This document shows positions 49,371 through 57,325 of a DNA stretch of 64,000 bases, one piece after another (the stretch's first letter is position 1; the number at the start of each line of letters is the position of its first letter). The DNA is from Nitrospirota bacterium. GTDB lineage: Bacteria; Nitrospirota; 9FT-COMBO-42-15; HDB-SIOI813. The stretch covers positions 211,948 to 275,947 of the forward strand of contig JADLDG010000023.1 of NCBI GenBank assembly GCA_020846775.1, read 5' to 3'. The notes beneath the pieces are model-generated. The model saw only the letters and a program-made list of their open reading frames with translations, did not search any database and was not told the DNA's origin. A program made the translations under genes and the position numbers.

Positions 49371-49536
49371 TCTACAGTCTACCCTCATAATCCTACCTTA
49401 CAATCATTTGCCATCAATTACCATAGATTTGTGTACTGTGTCAAATGCAATTAGTTATAGTTTCTTTTTTTTAAGAATCCTTTATAATCACATGACTCAA
49501 TTTAAATACATATTGCTCGAAAGGAACATTGATAAA

Positions 49537-50325
49537 ATGATTTATGTTAACAACTTATCACCTGAAATTGTGAGAATTGGATCGTTTGCAATCAGATGGT
49601 ACGGGTTTTTGTTTTCGTCCGGAATAATAGTTAATTATCTGCTGCTGCGATGGATATTCAAACGGGAGAACTATCCTGTCATTGATTTAGATAGTGTGAT
49701 TACTTATCTATTCTTCGGACTGATCATAGGAGCAAGGCTCGGAGAAGTTTTCTTCTACGAACCTGGATTCTACTTAAGAGATCCTGTTGAAATCCTTAAA
49801 ATCTGGAATGGAGGTTTATCCAGTCATGGGGCAACCATCGGTGTTTTTGTTTCCTACGTAATCTGGACAAGGGTTCATAATGTGAAATTCACAAAATACG
49901 CTGACGTCCTGGTACTCGGAATGCCGGGAACCGCTGCCTTTGTAAGGACTGGCAACTTTTTTAATTCTGAGATCGTTGGAATCCCTACCAGGGATAATTG
50001 GGGAGTTGTCTTTAGCAGATTGGGAGAGGATTTCCCCCGGCATCCGGTACAACTCTATGAGGCCATTTTAAGTATCATCGTGTTAGCCATCCTCCTCTAC
50101 ATATACAAGAATTATTACATGAAGACACCTCCCCTCTTTTTTATGTTCCTCTATATGATTCTCTACTTTGGAGGAAGATTCATTCTTGAATTCTGGAAAG
50201 ACCTTCATGTACTGCCGGGCTGGTTCCCATTATCCATGGGGCAGGTATTGAGTGTTTTACCTGTGCTGCTGGCAGCCGGATATTTTTTATTTGTATTCCC
50301 CAGACAGGAGCGTAAACGACAGTAA
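49537..50325 (+). CDS. lgt: Prolipoprotein diacylglyceryl transferase
   Basis: IRWYG, GARLG, GGLSSHG, R.GNFFNSE, RHPVQLYE, RFILEF; RBS AAAGGA before ATG 49537. Confidence 0.95.
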   Translation: MIYVNNLSPEIVRIGSFAIRWYGFLFSSGIIVNYLLLRWIFKRENYPVIDLDSVITYLFFGLIIGARLGEVFFYEPGFYLRDPVEILKIWNGGLSSHGATIGVFVSYVIWTRVHNVKFTKYADVLVLGMPGTAAFVRTGNFFNSEIVGIPTRDNWGVVFSRLGEDFPRHPVQLYEAILSIIVLAILLYIYKNYYMKTPPLFFMFLYMILYFGGRFILEFWKDLHVLPGWFPLSMGQVLSVLPVLLAAGYFLFVFPRQERKRQ

Positions 50326-50360
50326 CCAGTCATCATGCGTTCAGCAAATTAAATCATGAT

Positions 50361-50540
50361 TTAGAAAATATTGAAGAAACCTGACAGTACTGTAGTAAAA
50401 AGGTAATATGCTGAAGCAGAAAAAACCATGATAAAAATGATTAGCCCTATAGGAATGAGATTCCATAAAGTTTTCAAATAGTAAGTAAACGACGGATAAT
50501 ACGCATTATTCTTTGCCAACAATTGTTCGTGACGGTTCAT
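50361..50540 (-). CDS. Small membrane protein (59 aa) coupled to ATP-grasp gene
   Basis: RBS AGGAGG, ATGA overlap with upstream stop; hydrophobic C-terminal half. Confidence 0.6.
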   Translation of the reverse strand: MNRHEQLLAKNNAYYPSFTYYLKTLWNLIPIGLIIFIMVFSASAYYLFTTVLSGFFNIF

Positions 50541-51427
50541 CTGTAACCTCCTGTCAACAACGACCTCTTCCATCCATCAAGGAGGCAGTCCAATATGTCC
50601 CATGCAAAAAGAACATTGCTGCCAAGCCTTGCATTTATATCCAAGAGCACCGGGGTAAAATTATCTCTAAGCCCAAAATCCATTTCAACAGGCCCCTCAA
50701 AATTGAGTATCCCTGCAACCTTTGTCCCCTTCTTGACAATATCATGCCGTTCTACCCTTTCAACGGCAGAGGAATAATCTCCTTCCGTCTTTTTTAAGAC
50801 GGTCTTCTTCAGGACAACTGCTGACAGTACATCTCCTCCCTTCTCAATATACATATTAAGATTATAGACAGCGCCAGAGATATATTCCTGAAATATGAGA
50901 CCATCTTTAGACTTGTCAAAGAGATCTTCATATCTCATGTACATCACATCATCATTTCTGCGACTTCTAAAGCGATGTCTGGAGTGCAGGGGGAATCCCA
51001 ATCTGTCTGCGATTATGTTTACCGGCGTCACTTCATCACAATACTTTGGTACTTCTATGCCATGTCCAGCCATTATCATTAAAGTCTTCAATCTGTCGTT
51101 GGCAATATCTATGGCCGTTCGAGACGATATCAATACATTACATCCTTCCCACTCTATTTCCCTCTTCAAGGAAGAGATTACAGGGAGCTCTTCCGTAACT
51201 GTTGGTATCAGGAGAGATGGACGCTCTCTTCTGATTATCTCCATAAGAATTGTCGTGTAACCAAGATCATCAGCCTCAGGTACAACATAGAAGGAATCAA
51301 CAGGGCGTTTAATTTCTCTGACATCAGTCCCTATTATTGGAAATGACTTGGCCTTAAAATATGTTACAGCAGAGCGTCCGGCCGGCCTGCCTATACCTGT
51401 AATCATGATATTTTTATGATGGATCAT
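50537..51427 (-). CDS. ATP-grasp domain protein (atypical)
   Basis: NIMITGIG, LIPTVTEEL, ANDRL, FQEYISG, DINARLG; start set at ATG 51427 (or 51430) overlapping DUF5666 gene end. Confidence 0.8.
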   Translation of the reverse strand: MIHHKNIMITGIGRPAGRSAVTYFKAKSFPIIGTDVREIKRPVDSFYVVPEADDLGYTTILMEIIRRERPSLLIPTVTEELPVISSLKREIEWEGCNVLISSRTAIDIANDRLKTLMIMAGHGIEVPKYCDEVTPVNIIADRLGFPLHSRHRFRSRRNDDVMYMRYEDLFDKSKDGLIFQEYISGAVYNLNMYIEKGGDVLSAVVLKKTVLKKTEGDYSSAVERVERHDIVKKGTKVAGILNFEGPVEMDFGLRDNFTPVLLDINARLGSNVLFAWDILDCLLDGWKRSLLTGGYR

Positions 51428-52574
51428 CATCACCTTCTTTGTGATCATCATGTTGATTGTCAGAGCTGTCACCAGATGCAGAGGAGTCATGATGTGAGTC
51501 ATCATCAGAACCCGAATCGTTGGATTCAATCTTTATCTTATCTGCAACAAGAACACCCAGTGAATCAACAGTACCTTCAACCTCAAGTTGATCGTTTACC
51601 TTGATATCAGCAACATTAACAATACTGCCATCCGAATATTGTGTCGTTGAAAGGACCCGGACGGTCTGTCCCGATAGTTCAAACGTTCCGTCTGTAAATA
51701 ATGCTGTAACATAACCTCCAACCTTGAATTTGTCATTATCTTTAAAGTTGTAGCCATGATCCTCACGTTCTATCCTGCTTGCAATCAGCGACCCACCTGA
51801 AAAACCGTCAGTACTTTTTACCTCAACATACAATCCGTCTTTCAAGTCATAAATTGTCATATCCTTAAAGCCAGCAATATTGTAGTCAATCAGCAAACTC
51901 CCAATCTGGAAAGTGCCAGGGATCGAATCAAGGTTAGCAACATTCCCTTTTAGTTCGATCTCACTCCCCTTGTCAAAAGATGATTTCTTAAGTGCGATGT
52001 AACTTGCCTGAATAACACCATTTGAGTCTACAAAGCCGCTGACCTCAACTATATTTCCTGTCTCTATGTCGCTCACATCAATCATGCCATCGCTATTTTT
52101 ATCTGAAACACTGTTATAGATAGTCAGACTGCTGACACTGACTGTCTGCCCAAGTACAAACAGCGTATTAGAAAGGGGGTCAACGTAATCAACAATGCCT
52201 TCAAGCAGATCATCGAACTCAACATTAACCGCTACCCCGGTTAAACCATCGTCATTAAAGGTCCCATCAACTGTAACAACCATTCCAGGCTGCAAACTGC
52301 TAATATCGCCCGGCGTTCCATCTAAAGTAACAGCCGCCATAGTTGTTTCAAATGAAACCCCGTTTACACTCACCGACGTATTATCTATTGATTTTATCCT
52401 GCCAATACTGATCCCGGTGCCACCAATACCACCTCCGGCATAATCGTTGGTCGCGCCTGTCCCCCCAATTCCTCCGCCTGCAAGATCGTTGTAACCGGTC
52501 GTTGTACCGCATGATGATACAGTTAAGAGTATTAAACAGATGATAAATATATTGTGCATAAACCGGCGTTTCAC
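51414..52574 (-). CDS. DUF5666-repeat lipoprotein
   Basis: Lipobox VSSC, GGIGGTG motifs, four repeats ending V.V.G...A..I, Asp/His/Ser-rich tail. Confidence 0.8.
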   Translation of the reverse strand: MKRRFMHNIFIICLILLTVSSCGTTTGYNDLAGGGIGGTGATNDYAGGGIGGTGISIGRIKSIDNTSVSVNGVSFETTMAAVTLDGTPGDISSLQPGMVVTVDGTFNDDGLTGVAVNVEFDDLLEGIVDYVDPLSNTLFVLGQTVSVSSLTIYNSVSDKNSDGMIDVSDIETGNIVEVSGFVDSNGVIQASYIALKKSSFDKGSEIELKGNVANLDSIPGTFQIGSLLIDYNIAGFKDMTIYDLKDGLYVEVKSTDGFSGGSLIASRIEREDHGYNFKDNDKFKVGGYVTALFTDGTFELSGQTVRVLSTTQYSDGSIVNVADIKVNDQLEVEGTVDSLGVLVADKIKIESNDSGSDDDSHHDSSASGDSSDNQHDDHKEGDDDPS

Positions 52575-53404
52575 TGTCCTTCACCCCTCTTCATTGTGTC
52601 ATCTTCAAAATAGTAGATGCCTATACCGGCCCTCTGCCTCCCCGTGCCAACGACTGTTGGATTGACATCCCTGTCATGTTGTGATAATACGGCATCCAGC
52701 TCCTCTAAAAGCAATTGCCCCTTCTCAGCAGAAAGCCGTCTGATTTCTGGAAGGACTTCCTGAGGCAGATTGTCATAAGATACTTTTCTCTGCAGAAATC
52801 TCGACCCTGGATCTTTCGTAATGTTATTATCTATAGTTGAAATAAGGTCTCTGACATCGGTTCCGAGAATAGCAAGTTTTTCGACATTGCCTTCTGCAGG
52901 TATGTATGCCCTTTCAATCAGCCTTATACGTCCGTTCGGCCGCCGGTCAATCGCCCCGACACGGTCAAGCTCATCCAGTACTGCCCTGACAGGCATGTCA
53001 CCACTGTATGTTCGTACAAGTTCACTGAATGACACACCTGGCCCCTCAATCTTCAGATCTGCCGGGTTACCATGATTGTCACAGAATATGCTGTCACGTA
53101 CCCAGCCGGTTATAACCCTTGCAGCCCTGTTATAACGATTAATTGTCTCTTCATTTCCAGTGTCAGAAACACCCTCTACCCGGCTGACCTCTTTACGGGT
53201 CAATCCCGTAAGTATGGAGACACGGGAGGCGGTTTGTTTTCTGTTCGGCAAGCCAAATTCTTCCATCGCCACTTTCACATAAACATTCTTGGCAAGATCA
53301 ACAAATGTTCCGTAGGGGACACCATTACGCAATAGTATCCTGACCAATGGCTGTAAGAGGCTTACTATTGCTGAAAGCAGTGTCTTTTTTTCATTCTGCC
53401 TCAT
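52571..53404 (-). CDS. DUF6502-family protein, putative DNA-binding regulator
   Basis: L.PLVRILLRNG, HTH-like SRVSILTGLTRKEVSR, RVITGW, SGDMPVRAVLDEL, GIYYFE; start set at ATG 53404 because the TTG of the ORF track is the -35 box. Confidence 0.78.
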   Translation of the reverse strand: MRQNEKKTLLSAIVSLLQPLVRILLRNGVPYGTFVDLAKNVYVKVAMEEFGLPNRKQTASRVSILTGLTRKEVSRVEGVSDTGNEETINRYNRAARVITGWVRDSIFCDNHGNPADLKIEGPGVSFSELVRTYSGDMPVRAVLDELDRVGAIDRRPNGRIRLIERAYIPAEGNVEKLAILGTDVRDLISTIDNNITKDPGSRFLQRKVSYDNLPQEVLPEIRRLSAEKGQLLLEELDAVLSQHDRDVNPTVVGTGRQRAGIGIYYFEDDTMKRGEGQ

Positions 53405-53440
53405 ATTTGGGATTTTATTCCCAATTGACCGCTTTGTCAA
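53405..53440 (-). promoter_or_regulatory. Promoter of DUF6502 operon with overlapping palindrome
   Basis: TTGACA-17nt-TAAAAT-7nt-ATG; TTGGGA-N6-TCCCAA (53407-53424) overlaps -10. Confidence 0.7.
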
Positions 53441-53489
53441 TACTTTATTTCTATGTCACATTTTTGTAATTTTAGATAAAATAAATGGG

Positions 53490-55133
53490 CTACTTAAGGA
53501 CACTTAGAATCCTTGGAACAAGCTGTTTCTTTCTTGACAGTACCCCTTTTAGTTCAGCCAGGTTAGGGGCCATAAGTGGATAACCTATCTTCGTTACAAT
53601 ACCGGAATCACCGGCAAAAAGCAGCAGGCTGTTTTCATATATGATGTCTGATACCAGAAGGCAGGCAAGGGTTAATCTGTCTTCAAGCAGTATCTTGTTT
53701 AGTGATGTCAGAAGAGCCTCTCTTATTTTTTCAAATGTCAGCATCTCTATTATCTCGATCTGACCTATCCCTATCTTCTCTTTTCCAACCTCATAGATTT
53801 TATAATCTGTCTTGATAATCTCCTCCGGCGTCTTCTTCAAAAGGTCTGAGCTTGCGTTGAACATATCTTCCCCCAGCTTTTGAATGTCAATGCCTGCTAT
53901 ACCTGCAAGATACGCAGCAACCTTCCGGTCTCTTTCAGTCGTCGTTGGAGACTTCATGATAACTGTGTCTGACAATATTGCAGACAGCATAATTCCCGCA
54001 TATGGAGGCTCGGGCTCTACTCCATATTTCAAATAAAGCTCTGCAACAAGCGTATTAGTACAGCCTACAGGTTCTACTACAAAAAGGATCGGATGAAGTG
54101 TCTGAAAACTTCCTATCCTGTGATGATCCAGTACCTCAATCACCTCGGCCTCCTCTATGCCAGGGATAGCCTGACTGGCCTCATTATGGTCAACGAGGAT
54201 AACCTTCTTTCGAAAGTCCCTGAGCATGTCGCTCCTTGTCAGGATCCCGGTAAGCCTGCCGTCGGTTTCTACAACCGGACATCCTCGAAGGGCTGAATCA
54301 CGCATCTTTGCCTTGACATCGAGCAGCAGGTCATGCGGGGATACCGAGTAGAAATCACTTGAGAACACCTCTCTGGCAGGAGTGCTAAGGTGCATTAATC
54401 TTACGGTTGTTGCTGTATCATATGGCGATGAAATAACACTGACCTTGTTTTTTTGCGCCATATCGAGGATCGCCTTGTCAGGCAGAAACCCGCCGGTTAC
54501 GATCAGGCATCTTGCATGACTTTCAATGGAATGTCTCTGTATCTCCCTGCGGTCTCCTACTATGACAACACAACCTTCCTCGGAATAATACTTCATCACC
54601 TGCCGGAATCCTTCATTTTCCATAGCTCCTACAACTATCCTGCCTGTCCTCGTTTCATTTTCATCAAACAGGAATAGCGAATTCCCCTGAATTGCCTTGG
54701 CTATTCCGGTGAGCGAGGCGACTATTCTATTAGAAGTCGCGGCATCGGCATGACGGGCATAGAATCTGGCAAGGTCCTGAAGGGTGATAGCCCCTCTGTA
54801 ATGACCACCCCTGTCAGTTACAGGTACCATAAGCAGGTCATAGCTGTTCATAAAATCAAGGACATCGCCTACTGACATATCCATATGAACTGATAATGAC
54901 TCTGAGGTCATGACATCCTTTACCCTGACCTTAACATCCGGCAGATAAAGCGGGAGGTCCAGCCCGAATGCTTTGAGAACATACTCAGTCTGCAAATTTA
55001 TCTCCCCAGCCCTGGCCGCTATAACACTGGCATGGCCGGTAAGTTGCTTGAGCCGTGCATAAGCAAGTGCCGCACAAATAGAATCCGTATCAGGATTCCT
55101 GTGACCAATAACATATATGTTCTGATCAGACAT
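53490..55133 (-). CDS. ppaC: Family II (Mn/Co-dependent) inorganic pyrophosphatase with CBS-DRTGG-CBS insert
   Basis: GHRNPDTDS, CBS and DRTGG (VGDR) insert, LVDHNE, LDHH, SDT, SRKKQ. Confidence 0.93.
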   Translation of the reverse strand: MSDQNIYVIGHRNPDTDSICAALAYARLKQLTGHASVIAARAGEINLQTEYVLKAFGLDLPLYLPDVKVRVKDVMTSESLSVHMDMSVGDVLDFMNSYDLLMVPVTDRGGHYRGAITLQDLARFYARHADAATSNRIVASLTGIAKAIQGNSLFLFDENETRTGRIVVGAMENEGFRQVMKYYSEEGCVVIVGDRREIQRHSIESHARCLIVTGGFLPDKAILDMAQKNKVSVISSPYDTATTVRLMHLSTPAREVFSSDFYSVSPHDLLLDVKAKMRDSALRGCPVVETDGRLTGILTRSDMLRDFRKKVILVDHNEASQAIPGIEEAEVIEVLDHHRIGSFQTLHPILFVVEPVGCTNTLVAELYLKYGVEPEPPYAGIMLSAILSDTVIMKSPTTTERDRKVAAYLAGIAGIDIQKLGEDMFNASSDLLKKTPEEIIKTDYKIYEVGKEKIGIGQIEIIEMLTFEKIREALLTSLNKILLEDRLTLACLLVSDIIYENSLLLFAGDSGIVTKIGYPLMAPNLAELKGVLSRKKQLVPRILSVLK

Positions 55134-55141
55134 TGTTCCCT

Positions 55142-55912
55142 CTATAATGCGACTGAAAATATAGCGCCGAGGATGTATCCAATCCCTGCGGCGATAGACC
55201 CCAGTAATACAGTCTCCGCACTGCTTTTTAGCCAGTGCCTTTTCGTCAACATGGTCTTGCCGATCCCTATACCGAGCAGGATGGCAAGGGCTATCGCGAT
55301 GCTGAGTTTAAGCGCATAAAGTGAGTCATCAAAAAATATATAAGGTATTATGAGCGGCAGCCCGCCTATAATAAATGATACACCCATTATCATACCTACT
55401 TTTAATGAACTTTCAAAGTCTTCATCAACAATGCCAAGCTCATCACGGATCATGAATTTAATCCACCTGTCCTTGTCTGCAGTGACCCTGTGAACTATCA
55501 TCTCCACTTCATCCGGGGTAAATCCATGGTCGGTAAATATTTCCCTTATCTCCTGTCTCTCTTTATCAGGAAACTCTATGATCTCTCTTTTTTCACGATC
55601 TATCTCCCGTTCAAAAAATTCCCTCTGCGATTTTGATGCAAGATAGGCGCCGAGAAACATAGAAACAGCGCCGGCTGTTATTGCTGCCATACCGGTCATG
55701 AATACAATCCGGCTGTTATTGACGGACCCTGTCACTCCAGCCACGAACCCCACTGTACTAACAAGCCCGTCATTCATTCCAAAGACTACTTCCCTGATCT
55801 GTCTCCCCCTTGGGGTATGCCAGTCCTCATCATGATACTTCTTATGAGGATGCTGGGCAATATCATTGTTCTTAAACCAGGTTTTTACGAATTGGGGTAA
55901 TGTAAGTTGCAC
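55142..55912 (-). CDS. VIT1/CCC1-family metal transporter
   Basis: VFGMNDGLVST, AGAVSMFLGAY, Glu-rich cytosolic domain, M...ELG; His-rich N-terminus. Confidence 0.92.
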   Translation of the reverse strand: MQLTLPQFVKTWFKNNDIAQHPHKKYHDEDWHTPRGRQIREVVFGMNDGLVSTVGFVAGVTGSVNNSRIVFMTGMAAITAGAVSMFLGAYLASKSQREFFEREIDREKREIIEFPDKERQEIREIFTDHGFTPDEVEMIVHRVTADKDRWIKFMIRDELGIVDEDFESSLKVGMIMGVSFIIGGLPLIIPYIFFDDSLYALKLSIAIALAILLGIGIGKTMLTKRHWLKSSAETVLLGSIAAGIGYILGAIFSVAL

Positions 55913-55921
55913 AATGACTAA

Positions 55922-57325
55922 TTATATGGCATTTACAGTCATCTTGTACAGATCCAGTATTTGATCTGCGTCTTTTTTTGAGAGGATATCGTGTAGTGCA
56001 ATTAAATCCCTGACAGACTTGCCCGATGCAAGGGATTCTTTTACAATTTTGGCAGCTGCCTCATAACCTATTACCTGATTCAGGATTGTGGCAAGGCCGG
56101 GACTTTTTTCTGCAAATTCCATGCAGCGATCTTTGTTGGCCTCTATCCCATTTACGCACTTCTCAGTAAATACATTAATAACATTAATGAGCAGGTGAAT
56201 GGACTGCTGAAGATTGTAATTGATTACAGGCATCATTACATTCAACTCAAGCTGTCCGGCCTGTGCAGCCAGCGTAATGGCCGTGTCATTGCCAATAACT
56301 TGAAATGATGTCATATTCAAAACCTCGGCCATTACCGGGTTAACCTTACCGGGCATTATTGAGGATCCGGGCTGAACTGCCGGAAGGCGTATCTCGGCAA
56401 GACCCGTCAGAGGACCAGAGCTCATCAACCTCAAGTCATTGGCTATCTTGATTAGTTCAACTGCAAGCAGTCTCAATACACCGGAAAACAGGACAAAGTC
56501 TCCCATACTCTGCATAGAGGCTATCAGGTTTCTTGACCCTGTATATTTAGCGCCTGTAAGTCTCCTCAGATTTGAAATAATCTTCTTTTGATACAGATGG
56601 TGCGTATTCACACCTGTCCCTACCGCGGACCCGCCTATTCCAAGCGATAGAACGCGTTCCCTTGCCATCTTTATCTCTTTCATCACATTGTCAATTATTA
56701 CACCGTATGCCTCAAACTCCTGACCAAGCCTGATTGGAACGGCATCCTGCAGATGAGTACGCCCTGATTTTATGACCTTGTCAAACTCCCTTCCTTTTCT
56801 GTGAAATGCCTGAGATAACTTTTTCAAGACATCAATCAACTTATCAGAAGCAGATACAGCGGCAATACGCATTGCAGTTGGAAAGACATCGTTAGTAGAC
56901 TGGGACATATTTACATGATCGTTGGGGTGTATAACGGAATAGTCACCTTTAGCACCCCCAAGGACCTCTATTGCCCTGTTTGCAATTACCTCATTGACAT
57001 TCATGTTATGGGAAGTACCGGCGCCGGCCTGAAATACATCAACTTCGAATTGATCAGATAATTTACCCTCTATAATCTCTTCAGCTGCCTTTGAGATTGC
57101 ATTACCCCTGCGCTTGTCAAGTTTACCAAGGTCCATATTGGTCCGTGCAGCTGCTTTTTTAATCAGGGCTGTAGCTATAATAAATTCGCTGTACTGCCTG
57201 AGACCGCTGATTGGAAAGTTCTCAACTGCGCGTAAAGTCTGGATACCGTAGTAAGCATTCAGCGGCACCTCTTTTTCTCCAAGAGAGTCATGTTCTATTC
57301 TAAATTGCTTATTTTTTCTTTTCAC
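55922..57325 (-). CDS. aspA: Aspartate ammonia-lyase (fumarase/aspartase superfamily)
   Basis: QAGAGTS.NMN, QSTND, GRTHLQDA, GSSIMPGKVNP; class II fumarase not excluded. Confidence 0.75.
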   Translation of the reverse strand: MKRKNKQFRIEHDSLGEKEVPLNAYYGIQTLRAVENFPISGLRQYSEFIIATALIKKAAARTNMDLGKLDKRRGNAISKAAEEIIEGKLSDQFEVDVFQAGAGTSHNMNVNEVIANRAIEVLGGAKGDYSVIHPNDHVNMSQSTNDVFPTAMRIAAVSASDKLIDVLKKLSQAFHRKGREFDKVIKSGRTHLQDAVPIRLGQEFEAYGVIIDNVMKEIKMARERVLSLGIGGSAVGTGVNTHHLYQKKIISNLRRLTGAKYTGSRNLIASMQSMGDFVLFSGVLRLLAVELIKIANDLRLMSSGPLTGLAEIRLPAVQPGSSIMPGKVNPVMAEVLNMTSFQVIGNDTAITLAAQAGQLELNVMMPVINYNLQQSIHLLINVINVFTEKCVNGIEANKDRCMEFAEKSPGLATILNQVIGYEAAAKIVKESLASGKSVRDLIALHDILSKKDADQILDLYKMTVNAI

